From Bacteroidota bacterium (lineage in GTDB: Bacteria > Bacteroidota > Bacteroidia > UKL13-3), in contig JAIXWW010000012.1 of NCBI GenBank assembly GCA_027491085.1, forward strand, positions 170,628 through 234,627: a DNA stretch of 64,000 nt, in the 5' to 3' direction. The position numbers and the translations under genes are program-made. This document shows, one piece after another, positions 48,696 through 57,690 of the stretch; position 1 is the first letter of the stretch, and each line of letters begins with the position of its first letter. A model generated the notes under the pieces. It did not search any database and was not told the origin of the DNA. It saw only the letters and a list, made by a program, of their open reading frames with translations.

Positions 48696-49080
48696 ATTTT
48701 GTATTACGTTCTAGTTTTCTCAACTCATTATATAGCATATCTCGTGTATTAATAATAGACCCATTGCTAAATTTCATTTTATAGGCCTCCCCACTCATGT
48801 ATGATTTACTTGCTATTAGATCAATAAAATCTTTAGCTGTTTTTACTTTATTACCAGCCTTTTTCCTTTTCATTTTTAAATGCTCAGCAGCTTCTTTGGC
48901 TTCATATTCACTACCATTTCGAATAAAAACTGCATTGCTTTTTTCTATAAATAAAATAAGTTTATTTATTTTTTCTTCTTCAATATTATTTTGAAAGCAC
49001 AAATTTGGTTTGGCAATTATTTGTTGAACTTCAAAGGTGTTTAAAAATAAAAAAGATAATATTACGAATAGTTTTTTCAT
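48694..49080 (-). CDS. hypothetical secreted protein (DUF5329-like, assignment tentative)
   Basis: Signal peptide. FIRNGSEYEAKEAAEHLKMK pattern recalled from DUF5329. Confidence 0.5.
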   Translation of the reverse strand: MKKLFVILSFLFLNTFEVQQIIAKPNLCFQNNIEEEKINKLILFIEKSNAVFIRNGSEYEAKEAAEHLKMKRKKAGNKVKTAKDFIDLIASKSYMSGEAYKMKFSNGSIINTRDMLYNELRKLERNTK

Positions 49081-49145
49081 ATTTGCTGCGTTAATTTATT
49101 TGCAATTAAGTAAAATATTTACATTTCAAACATTCAATTTTAATA

Positions 49146-50462
49146 ATGCATCAACTTCCCCCTTTATTTTTGGTATTTCCCTTTGTTATACTATTACTTT
49201 TAATTGCAATTGGCCCTATATTTTTAAGTAAGTTTTGGCACCATCATTTTCAAAAAGTTAGTGTTGGTTTGGGAGCAGTTGTCTTTTTATATTATGGGTT
49301 GATGATGGATAGTTTTTCGCATTCTTTAGAAACCATTGCAGAATATATTTCATTTATTAGTTTACTTACTATATTATTTGTGGCAAGTGGCGGTATTTAT
49401 GCATTTATTGACGCAGAAAGTAAGCCTTTAACCAATATTTTGTTTTTATTTTTAGCTGCTATTTTAACCAATTTACTAGGAACTACAGGTGCTTCTGTAC
49501 TTTTAATAAAGCCTTTTATGCGCATTAATAGATACAGGCTTCAACCCTATCATATCGTATTTTTTATATTTATTGTATCTAATTTAGGCGGATTATTAAC
49601 TCCAATTGGAGACCCACCTTTATTTATGGGCTATTTGAAAGGTGTACCATTTGAATGGACTTTTATACATTTGTTACCCAAATGGATCCTAGCTATTTCC
49701 CTCCTATTATTTATATTCTTTTTGGTAGATAGAAAAAATACCAAGTTAGATGATGTAGATACAAGTTCACATTACACCAATAAGATTTTAATAAATGGGA
49801 AACGTAATTTTGTTTGGCTTGCCATTGGAATTATAAGTATTTTTATTGATCCAAATCTTATAGATGGTTTACCCCATATTGATATGGAAGGTAAAAAAAT
49901 ATCATATTTAAGGGAAATAATTCAACTAAGTGCAGCATTTTTTTGTTTTAAGTTTAGTAATAAAAATGCTATGGAAAGTAACGAATTTTCATTTGAACCT
50001 ATAAAAGAAGTGGCATGGCTTTTTATTGGTATTTTTTTAACTATGATTCCAGCTTTACAATGGTTAGAACACCGTGCACAAAATCCATTAATAAGTAATC
50101 AAATAACTGTAGGCGTAGCTTATTGGTTTAGCGGTATTTTTTCATCGGTTTTAGATAATGCACCAACTTACTTAAATGTTTTTGCAGTGGTATTATCTAA
50201 ATTTGGTTTTAGTATTGATAATATAAATGATGTAAAGTTATTTTTAAAGTCAAATAATATTGATTTTCTTTCTGCATTATCAACAGGAGCAGTGTTTTTT
50301 GGAGCAATGACCTATATTGGAAATGGACCAAATTTTATGGTTAAATCAATTGCTGATAAAGCGGGTGTAAAAATGCCAAGTTTTGGTGAATATATTTATA
50401 AATACAGTATTCCGTATTTGTTACCTGTTTTAATAGTGGTTTGGCTTGTATTTTATTTTTAG
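49146..50462 (+). CDS. ArsB/NhaD-superfamily ion transporter (annotated in relatives as sodium:proton antiporter)
   Basis: 438 aa, at least 10 TM helices. GDPPLFMGYL and GNGPNFMV motifs. Confidence 0.72.
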   Translation: MHQLPPLFLVFPFVILLLLIAIGPIFLSKFWHHHFQKVSVGLGAVVFLYYGLMMDSFSHSLETIAEYISFISLLTILFVASGGIYAFIDAESKPLTNILFLFLAAILTNLLGTTGASVLLIKPFMRINRYRLQPYHIVFFIFIVSNLGGLLTPIGDPPLFMGYLKGVPFEWTFIHLLPKWILAISLLLFIFFLVDRKNTKLDDVDTSSHYTNKILINGKRNFVWLAIGIISIFIDPNLIDGLPHIDMEGKKISYLREIIQLSAAFFCFKFSNKNAMESNEFSFEPIKEVAWLFIGIFLTMIPALQWLEHRAQNPLISNQITVGVAYWFSGIFSSVLDNAPTYLNVFAVVLSKFGFSIDNINDVKLFLKSNNIDFLSALSTGAVFFGAMTYIGNGPNFMVKSIADKAGVKMPSFGEYIYKYSIPYLLPVLIVVWLVFYF

Positions 50463-50483
50463 TTCTTCGCGGAATTTATAGAA

Positions 50484-50654
50484 CTATAAACTGCCCCTTT
50501 TCTTTAACCAAACAAATGTAAAAACAATGGTAAGAATAAAGTATAAGTAGGCTTTTCCTTCTACAAAGTTTTCGAAAATGGAAATATAAAAACCTACTAA
50601 AAGGCATATTATAGCAAGCACAAGCCAATTTCTTAAAATCCACTTATCCATCAT
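50484..50654 (-). CDS. possible small two-TM membrane protein (56 aa), below the ORF-track length cutoff
   Basis: Own translation: MMDKWILRNWLVLAIICLLVGFYISIFENFVEGKAYLYFILTIVFTFVWLKKRGSL*. Its ATG overlaps the lptC-like TGA (ATGA at 50651-50654). Confidence 0.35.
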   Translation of the reverse strand: MMDKWILRNWLVLAIICLLVGFYISIFENFVEGKAYLYFILTIVFTFVWLKKRGSL

Positions 50655-51208
50655 TTTTTTAAACTAATTATTCCTTTAATTTTAAATATTTTGTATTGAG
50701 AGAATTCTGTATTACTTTCTAAACCATCTCCATAAATAATTTCATCAGGAGTAGTAATTTTAACAGCTTCATTGGTATTAATTTTATTGGTTTTTTCATC
50801 CCAAATAAGTAATTCTGTTCTAAGAGTATCACCTTTAATATTTACCACAATCACATCATTTTTAACAGTCATGGTTCTAGCTCTGTCATCGCGTATGGCA
50901 TATTTTGATTTAATGTAACTGGTTATTTTTTTTTGATTGTTGTAAAAATAGGCAGTGATGCCCTTTTTCATAATGGATTGATTACTTTTATCATTATCAA
51001 AACGTTCGAGGGTTGGTGCGAATACTTTCGCTTTTACAAGGCCCGAATCGGTATAATTTAATAAAATATTTGTTCCAACCTCTATTGGTAAATTATCGGA
51101 AGCAGTTAATATTTGTATTTTTTCTATATTATCGTTTTTGCAAGCTAAAATGCTGGTAATAATACTGAATGTTAAAATAGTTCTGAATTTGAAAGAAAAA
51201 TTAATCAT
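50651..51208 (-). CDS. lptC: LPS export periplasmic protein LptC-like lipoprotein
   Basis: Start at MINFSFKFRTILTFSIITSILACKND (lipobox). Body matches Bacteroidota LptC (..ITAYFYN.., DTLRTELLIWDEKTNKI.., YGDGLESN). Confidence 0.72.
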   Translation of the reverse strand: MINFSFKFRTILTFSIITSILACKNDNIEKIQILTASDNLPIEVGTNILLNYTDSGLVKAKVFAPTLERFDNDKSNQSIMKKGITAYFYNNQKKITSYIKSKYAIRDDRARTMTVKNDVIVVNIKGDTLRTELLIWDEKTNKINTNEAVKITTPDEIIYGDGLESNTEFSQYKIFKIKGIISLKK

Positions 51209-52607
51209 ATTTATATTTAATAAACCATTTATCAGAAAATACAATTCCAACAGTAAACTTATAGTATTCTTCGTTTATTAAATTAGTATTTGCGCCCCTA
51301 GTTAAATATTCAAAGCCAACATTTACCCTAGAAAATTTTCTGTTTCTATCTCTTTCTGCAATTGGTATGCCAATTCCGCAACTGTAAGCATTGATATTAA
51401 CCGATTGATTGTCTAACATAATGTTTGATTGTTCAATTCTATAACCAATTCTATATTCTAAACGTTTAAAATAATTTCTAGCATCCTCTTTTACATCAGG
51501 TAGCCAACATGCGCCTGTTTTAAAAAACCAAGAATTTTGTAATCCCCTATTTACTCCAAAACTACTAAAATTACTCCATGCAGTTGTTCCAAAATCGGCT
51601 GCAATAGTCCAATTGTAATTATTGGTAAATGCAATTCCGTATTGTAAACTCATAGGAATGGTAATATTACCTGTTTTATTGTCGTCTGTTTTTATAGAAT
51701 CTCGTGAATAGTCAATACCGCCTCTAGAAAGAGTTCTAAATGAATATCTTTGAGTGATATCAATATTTGTCTCGGTATTTATTGTGAATCCAGCATTTAT
51801 GGTTATTGGATATTTTTTAGAAGTTGTGAATTTATTTCTCTCAAAACCATTTGAATCGATTATATTTTTATAAATCGGTAAACTAATATTTACACTATCA
51901 AAATGAGCTTGTAAACCATATTCAATTACAAAACCATTGATATAATTTTTACTCTCCTGAGTCCAATTGAACATAAAATAATCTGTTGGAACAGTTTGAA
52001 TAATTTTAGAATTATTCTGTCCAAATATATATCCAAAATTTACACCTGCAGAAAAATTATTGTTAATTTTTGCACCAATACCAATATAGGCTCTATTCAA
52101 TCCCCCATCCCCTGTTTGAGTTGTGGTTGCATTGATAATTCCAGCAGTATCAGTTTGGATGGGAGTATTACGTTTGATATCATAACCTAAAGCAGTATAT
52201 GGAGCTGCACCAAAAGCTACTCCTACTCCTCGCTTGGAAATGGTGGTTCCAAAATTAAAGTAAGTTAAGCCTGATAATGAGCTATTAATTTGTGAACCGC
52301 CACTTTTCAAAGTACCATTACTTAGCATGGCACCTGCTTCTAAATTAGTTTGTTTTAAAGCACTGTATGATGCGGGATTTAAATTATTTAAATCATAACC
52401 ATGTCTTATACCTTGGCTTACTTGTCCCATATTACCTAAAGTGGCCGAACCATAGTATTGTAAATCGCCAACTCCAAAGTACGAATATGGACTTTGCGAA
52501 AGGTTTTGAGCATTGGTGTAAAAATTTTGGAATAAAAAACAAAGCAATAAACTTAAGCTTATTTTGTTGTTTAATATATTTGATTGCCTAGCAGGGGCTT
52601 TATACAT
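51201..52607 (-). CDS. hypothetical outer-membrane beta-barrel protein
   Basis: Signal peptide, alternating beta-strand pattern rich in G/Y/N, aromatic-rich C-terminus. Conserved slot between coaX and lptC. Confidence 0.6.
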   Translation of the reverse strand: MYKAPARQSNILNNKISLSLLLCFLFQNFYTNAQNLSQSPYSYFGVGDLQYYGSATLGNMGQVSQGIRHGYDLNNLNPASYSALKQTNLEAGAMLSNGTLKSGGSQINSSLSGLTYFNFGTTISKRGVGVAFGAAPYTALGYDIKRNTPIQTDTAGIINATTTQTGDGGLNRAYIGIGAKINNNFSAGVNFGYIFGQNNSKIIQTVPTDYFMFNWTQESKNYINGFVIEYGLQAHFDSVNISLPIYKNIIDSNGFERNKFTTSKKYPITINAGFTINTETNIDITQRYSFRTLSRGGIDYSRDSIKTDDNKTGNITIPMSLQYGIAFTNNYNWTIAADFGTTAWSNFSSFGVNRGLQNSWFFKTGACWLPDVKEDARNYFKRLEYRIGYRIEQSNIMLDNQSVNINAYSCGIGIPIAERDRNRKFSRVNVGFEYLTRGANTNLINEEYYKFTVGIVFSDKWFIKYKYD

Positions 52608-53322
52608 TGTAGGTTAATATTTTATTGAGTCCGAATAAAGTTAAATAAGGACTTGCAAATAAGGCATTTTTTAGGTGTTTTTCAAACAAAAAACAATCGC
52701 CACCGCTTAATAGTATTTCAGTTGGTCCAAATTGGTTTTTATACCATTCTATTCTGCTGTTTATTTCGGCTAAAATGCCATAGAAAGCACCGCTTTGCAT
52801 GCAGCTTTCGGTGGTATTTCCATTAAAATGAGCTGGCTCACTAAAGTTTAGCAAAGGTAATTTGGCTGTAAAATGGTTCATGGCTTGTAATCGCATATTT
52901 AATCCTGGCGAAATAGCTCCGCCCAAGTAGGTTAAGTTACGGTTTAAAAATTCAAAGGTTACACAAGTGCCTAAACTTATTACTAAAATGTTTTGCTCCG
53001 CGGCAAAATTAGTTGCTGCAGCAGCAAGTGCAATTCTATCTAAACCAAGTGTTTGTGGTGTTTGGTATTGGTTAATAAAAGGTAGTTTGGTAAAATGATT
53101 AAAAGGCAAATAATTGGTTTTTTGTTGCAATAACTGAGTTACAGCCTCTAAATTATTGTTTACATTACTTATTATGCTGTGTGTAATTTCGTATTTGGTT
53201 AAAATAGATTGTAGTAACTCTGTGGTAAGTGCAGGCAGCAAAATAGTATCGAGCAATTCAGACTTATCAAAAATACCCAACTTAGTTTGTGTGTTTCCTA
53301 TATCAATACAAATGTTTTTCAC
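52600..53322 (-). CDS. coaX: type III pantothenate kinase
   Basis: GTG start. ICIDIGNTQTKLGIF, GLDRIALAAAA and the type III PanK pattern. Confidence 0.9.
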   Translation of the reverse strand: MKNICIDIGNTQTKLGIFDKSELLDTILLPALTTELLQSILTKYEITHSIISNVNNNLEAVTQLLQQKTNYLPFNHFTKLPFINQYQTPQTLGLDRIALAAAATNFAAEQNILVISLGTCVTFEFLNRNLTYLGGAISPGLNMRLQAMNHFTAKLPLLNFSEPAHFNGNTTESCMQSGAFYGILAEINSRIEWYKNQFGPTEILLSGGDCFLFEKHLKNALFASPYLTLFGLNKILTYNV

Positions 53323-53330
53323 GTTTATTT

Positions 53331-53372
53331 TAGTTCGTAGTTTTTAGTTCTTAGTTTGAAGTTCATAGTTCG
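53331..53372 (-). repeat. heptamer tandem array x6 (minus-sense nRAACTA) in the coaX leader
   Basis: Plus strand tagttcg|tagtttt|tagttct|tagtttg|aagttca|tagttcg. It ends 9 nt upstream of the coaX GTG. Confidence 0.85.
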
Positions 53373-53388
53373 AAGTATTTGGTTTAAT

Positions 53389-53447
53389 TCTCATTTCTTT
53401 TCTCATTTCACATCTCCCATTTCACACTTCTCAACTCACATTTCACA
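53389..53447 (-). repeat. degenerate repeats of catttcaca / ctcatttc immediately 3' of the birA-like stop
   Basis: ttctcatttcttttctcatttcacatctcccatttcacacttctcaactcacatttcaca. Confidence 0.7.
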
Positions 53448-54243
53448 AATAATTCATCATAGCAATTTCCTTATGCGCAAACTCTAGCAACTTATTATCA
53501 ATTATTACCTGCAATAAACCATAATTATTTACATTAACAATGGTGCCTTGGCATATTTTGTTGTTGACTATAAATTGGCAAATTTCATTTTTTCGGTATA
53601 AAAGTTGGTTGTATTGTTCAGCAATTTCGTTGTAATTACTTTGCTTAAGTGTTTGATATACAATATTTATTTCATCAGTAAGTTGGTGTAAAATGGCTTG
53701 TATTTCCAAATCATGATTTAAAATATTTTTTAGCGAAATGGCATTTTTATTTTCAAAAACAGTTTGGTTTACATTGAGCCCAATTCCAATAATGGTTTGT
53801 TTTAAAACAGTTCCTTGAATGGCATTTTCAATTAAAATACCGGCTATTTTTTTGTTTTCTATATAAATATCGTTTGGCCATTTTATAAAACAGTTTTTCT
53901 GTGTAATATTTTTTATAACAGTTTGTAAAGCAATGCTAATAGCCATGTTTATATACGCCTGATGTTCAATTTTTACAAAATGAAATTCAAGTAAAATACT
54001 GCATAACAAATTTTTATTGGGTTCACTTTCCCACGTATTGCTTGCCATTCCTCTTCCTGCCGTTTGGTGGGCAGTATAAACCACCAAACCATTTTCTGTA
54101 TCCAGGTTTTTGATGTAATTATTGGTAGAATTTACCTGATTTATGAAATGATATTTAAAATGAATTGGGAACAAATTTTTAAAACCGTTTTTAAAAGCTA
54201 TTTTTGGCGCGCAATATAGATAAGATAAATAGAAGATGAGCAT
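53443..54243 (-). CDS. birA: biotin--[acetyl-CoA-carboxylase] ligase (group I BirA-like, no HTH)
   Basis: VNSTNNYIKN, HQTAGRGMASNTWES (GRGR-type motif), KWPNDIY. Start uncertain: ATG at 54243, or TTG at 54174 (MFPIHFKYHFINQVNSTN), which fits orthologue length better. Confidence 0.8.
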   Translation of the reverse strand: MLIFYLSYLYCAPKIAFKNGFKNLFPIHFKYHFINQVNSTNNYIKNLDTENGLVVYTAHQTAGRGMASNTWESEPNKNLLCSILLEFHFVKIEHQAYINMAISIALQTVIKNITQKNCFIKWPNDIYIENKKIAGILIENAIQGTVLKQTIIGIGLNVNQTVFENKNAISLKNILNHDLEIQAILHQLTDEINIVYQTLKQSNYNEIAEQYNQLLYRKNEICQFIVNNKICQGTIVNVNNYGLLQVIIDNKLLEFAHKEIAMMNYL

Positions 54244-54718
54244 TGATAAAAAACCAGCAAAAAAAGTAGCTGCAAAGAAAGTAGCCAAAAAAATAGCTGC
54301 CAAAAAAGTGAGTTCAAAAGCAGAAACTGCTAAAAAAGAAACCACAAAAACACCTAAAATAACCGATCCAACCGAGTTTTTAGCTTGGGCTGTAGCACAA
54401 GGAATGTTTGAGCGCAAAGCACAAGATATTAAGATATTAGATATGCGCAATGTGCGTGGTGCTAGTTCCGATTTTTTCGTAATTTGTAATGCCGATAGCG
54501 ATAAGCAAGTAGAAGCTATTGCTCATAGTGTGGACGAAGAAGTGAAAAAACTAACAGGCGAAACTCCTTGGCACCGCGAAGGTTTAGAAAATAACGAATG
54601 GGTTTTATTGGATTATTTTAACGTAGTAGCACATATTTTCCAAACTGAAAAACGTGAGTTTTATGCAGTAGAAGAACTTTGGGGCGATGCGTTAAACGTT
54701 GAGTTTATTGGTAAATAA
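54236..54718 (+). CDS. rsfS: ribosome silencing factor RsfS with ~40-aa Lys/Ala-rich N-terminal extension
   Basis: Core ..AQGMFERKAQDIKILDMRNV..SDFFVICNADSDKQVEAIA..WVLLDYFNVVAHIF matches RsfS. The only ATG upstream of the core is at 54236. Confidence 0.85.
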   Translation: MSIDKKPAKKVAAKKVAKKIAAKKVSSKAETAKKETTKTPKITDPTEFLAWAVAQGMFERKAQDIKILDMRNVRGASSDFFVICNADSDKQVEAIAHSVDEEVKKLTGETPWHREGLENNEWVLLDYFNVVAHIFQTEKREFYAVEELWGDALNVEFIGK

Positions 54719-54810
54719 TTTAAAATTAAATAATTAATAATTTTGCTTTGCAATGTAAATTAAGTTTTTAAACAAGGTAACTTATTACATTTGCATCCTT
54801 TTAAAAAAAT

Positions 54811-56637
54811 ATGTTAGATAGAAATACGATTATTGGCTTTTCGCTAATTTTGGCCTTATTAGTAGGTTGGGCTTACTTTTTAAAACCTAGCGATGCAGAA
54901 ATAGAGGCTTACAAACGTCAACAAGATAGTTTAAAAATAGCTGAAGTTCAACAAGACAGTTTAGCTAAAACAGTTATTGATTCAGCCAAAACCAATGCAG
55001 TATTAACTGCTGCCAACGATTCGAACATGGCTGTTCAAACATTTGGAACTTTTGCTGCTTATGCCAAAGGAACTGAACAATTTTCTACCATTGAAAACGA
55101 AGAATTAAAAATTACTGTAAGTAATAAAGGTGGACGTATTTACCGTGTAGAATTAAAAAAATACAAAACTTACGAAAAGAAAGATTTAGTTTTATTAGAT
55201 GGTGCTGAAAACGTTCAATCGTTCGATTTTTCGACAGTTGATAATAAAATTATCAATACCACTGATTTGTATTTTACACCAACATTAGCCGATGATAAAA
55301 AAAGCATCAGCATGAAGGTAAATATTGGCAATAACCAATACATTGAACAACTATATGCTTTTGATGAAAATAACAATATGTTGAAATATAATTTAAACCT
55401 AGTAGGTTTAGAAAAAGTAATTCAACGCAACAAAACCAGTATTGATTTAAATTGGGCTGTAAATTTAAAAGTACAAGAAAAAACACGCGAAGCTGAAGAG
55501 CGTGTTTCAACCATTTTTTATAGAATAAAAGATGATGAGCCTACTAAAATTTCGGAAGGTAAAGAAGACAAAGAGAATATTACCAGCAATGTACATTGGG
55601 TAAGTTACAAACAACAGTATTTCAACCAAACTATCATTGCTGATAAAGGCTTTACTGATGCTGTTTTAGAAACTAAAAACGATCCTTACAAAACCAACTT
55701 ACGTAAATTTAGCTCTCAGTTAACCATTCCTTATAACCATACTGCAAACGAAAGTTTTGCTATGAAAATTTATTATGGTCCAAACCATTATAAAACTTTA
55801 GAAAAATTAGATATTTCGCTAGAACGCATTGTAACTTTAGGTTGGGGTATTTTTAGATGGGTGAATAAGTACATTGTTATCAATGTGTTTGATTTCTTAA
55901 GTAGATATATTGGTAGCTTTGGTATCATTATTCTTTTATTAACGTTATTAATTAAAACAGCTTTATTGCCATTGGTTTACAAAAGCTATTTGAGTGCTGC
56001 TAAAATGCGTTTATTAAAACCTGAGTTAGATGAAATAAAAGAGAAATACGATGGCGATATGACCAAGATGCAACCTGAAAATATGAAGTTGTATAAAAAG
56101 GCGGGTGTAAATCCATTTGGTGGTTGTATTCCTGTGCTATTACAATTGCCTATTTTGTTTGCAATGTTCCAATTTTTCCCTTCTGCTTTTGAGTTACGCC
56201 AACAAAGTTTCCTTTGGGCTGAAGATTTATCAACCTTCGATAATGTATTGAACTTACCATTTACTATTCCGTTTTATGGCGACCACGTAAGTTTATTTGC
56301 TTTGTTAATGACTATTTCATCGGTGGCTTATGCTATGTATAATAATCAAGCTACAGGTGTTACGGGTCAAATGAAATGGTTGGGTATGTTTATGCCAGTT
56401 ATTTTCTTATTTACCTTAAATAGTTTTGCAGCAGGTTTAAATTACTACTATTTTGTAAGTAACTTGGTAACCATAGCACAGCAATTGATTATTAAAGGTT
56501 TTGTAGATGAAAAGAAACTACACAGTGAATTACAAGAAAATAAAAAGAAACCAGTTACTAAATCAAAATTCCAACAAAAATTGGAAGACATGGCTAAAAG
56601 TCGTGGTGTTGATTTAAACAATATGGGTAAAAAATAA
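54811..56637 (+). CDS. yidC: membrane protein insertase YidC
   Basis: 608 aa. N-terminal TM, large periplasmic domain, C-terminal 60-kDa insertase core (MRLLKPELDEIKEKY.., NPFGGCIPVLLQLPILFAMF). Confidence 0.92.
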   Translation: MLDRNTIIGFSLILALLVGWAYFLKPSDAEIEAYKRQQDSLKIAEVQQDSLAKTVIDSAKTNAVLTAANDSNMAVQTFGTFAAYAKGTEQFSTIENEELKITVSNKGGRIYRVELKKYKTYEKKDLVLLDGAENVQSFDFSTVDNKIINTTDLYFTPTLADDKKSISMKVNIGNNQYIEQLYAFDENNNMLKYNLNLVGLEKVIQRNKTSIDLNWAVNLKVQEKTREAEERVSTIFYRIKDDEPTKISEGKEDKENITSNVHWVSYKQQYFNQTIIADKGFTDAVLETKNDPYKTNLRKFSSQLTIPYNHTANESFAMKIYYGPNHYKTLEKLDISLERIVTLGWGIFRWVNKYIVINVFDFLSRYIGSFGIIILLLTLLIKTALLPLVYKSYLSAAKMRLLKPELDEIKEKYDGDMTKMQPENMKLYKKAGVNPFGGCIPVLLQLPILFAMFQFFPSAFELRQQSFLWAEDLSTFDNVLNLPFTIPFYGDHVSLFALLMTISSVAYAMYNNQATGVTGQMKWLGMFMPVIFLFTLNSFAAGLNYYYFVSNLVTIAQQLIIKGFVDEKKLHSELQENKKKPVTKSKFQQKLEDMAKSRGVDLNNMGKK

Positions 56638-56660
56638 TAGCTAGTAAGTTATAAATAGAA

Positions 56661-56692
56661 AAGGCTACTTTAGGATTAAAGTAGCCTTTTTT
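56661..56692 (+). terminator. rho-independent terminator after yidC
   Basis: aaggctacttta-ggat-taaagtagcctt plus T-run. Confidence 0.85.
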
Positions 56693-57111
56693 GTTTTGGA
56701 TATATTTTTTTAGAACGTCCTAACTTATGTTTCGTTTGGTAGCTATAAGACTTCGCTCAGCAACTCTAATTCAGCTTTCAATATTAATAATTCAACATTA
56801 CAAAAGTTTCATTTTGAAACAATGTTGCTCCAATTTGGATGGATTTAGGTGAGACATAAAAAATTAATGTATTAATTATCAGTGTATTGGAATTATGGTT
56901 AATTGATTGCAACAGGTTAATTATAAAACAAAAAAAACTATGACAACCTTCATCATAACAATTGCTGCAAGTATTTCGTTTATTATGGTAGTTAACCAAA
57001 TAATGAAAACACGTATAAATGTAAAGCCAGTTTTGGTTAAAATAAAACGATAATTTGTTGGCAATAAATTTGCCTTAATCAATGAAAAAAAATATTTAAA
57101 TACTTAAAAAA

Positions 57112-57143
57112 GAAGGCTGCTTTATATATTTAAAGCAGCCTTC
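57112..57143 (-). terminator. rho-independent terminator after the DUF421 gene
   Basis: gaaggctgcttta-tatatt-taaagcagccttc, 13-bp stem, A-run on the plus side. Confidence 0.8.
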
Positions 57144-57164
57144 GTAAATTTTGGGCAGTTTGGT

Positions 57165-57680
57165 TTAGCCTATACTTTTATCTCCATATTTCTTTAGGCG
57201 TTTGCGCTTATGTATGGTTTGGTTTTTTAACTCTTTTGATATTACACTGATACTACCATCTTTTTCAAGCATAATGAGTTCGGCATCTTTTATACTTTTT
57301 ACACCATGTTCGCGGGCTAAAGCTTCCAATTCTTCAATGGTTATTTTTTGATTTTGTAGATTTTTGTTTTTCACAAAACCTTTATATACCAACATAACAG
57401 GTTCGTCTTCTAAAACCTTGCTGAATACTTTGCTTTTAAATGATATTATTTTAATTAAATAATTCAAAACAAATAGTGTTAAAGCAGCTACTAGTCCACC
57501 TGAAAGCGATGAATCGGGCCCAACCATGGCATTTTGAACTGCATTACTAATTAATAAAATTAATACCAAATCGGTAATACTTAATTGGGAAAGCTCTTTT
57601 TTGCCAAATAACCTAATGGCTAAAATAATAAAAACATAAACAGCTAAGGAGCGAAGAATGATATTGAAGTATAAATCCAT
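57165..57680 (-). CDS. DUF421 (YetF-like) membrane protein
   Basis: RLFGKKELSQLSITDLVLILLISNAVQNAM pattern. Confidence 0.8.
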   Translation of the reverse strand: MDLYFNIILRSLAVYVFIILAIRLFGKKELSQLSITDLVLILLISNAVQNAMVGPDSSLSGGLVAALTLFVLNYLIKIISFKSKVFSKVLEDEPVMLVYKGFVKNKNLQNQKITIEELEALAREHGVKSIKDAELIMLEKDGSISVISKELKNQTIHKRKRLKKYGDKSIG

Positions 57681-57690
57681 AAATTATTGT

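Noticed and set aside
49236-49252. Sigma-54-like tggcac-N5-tttc (also tggcacggaggctgc at about 63353)
   Set aside because: Both lie inside coding sequences, the -12 element deviates from TTGC, and neither sits upstream of a plausible target gene.
54244-54450. N-terminal 69 residues of the 335-aa birA-like ORF (..FLAAIFLATFFAATFFAGFL..)
   Set aside because: This part is simply the antisense of the rsfS AKK-repeat coding DNA. Biotin ligase homology starts far downstream, so the start was moved to 54243 or 54174.
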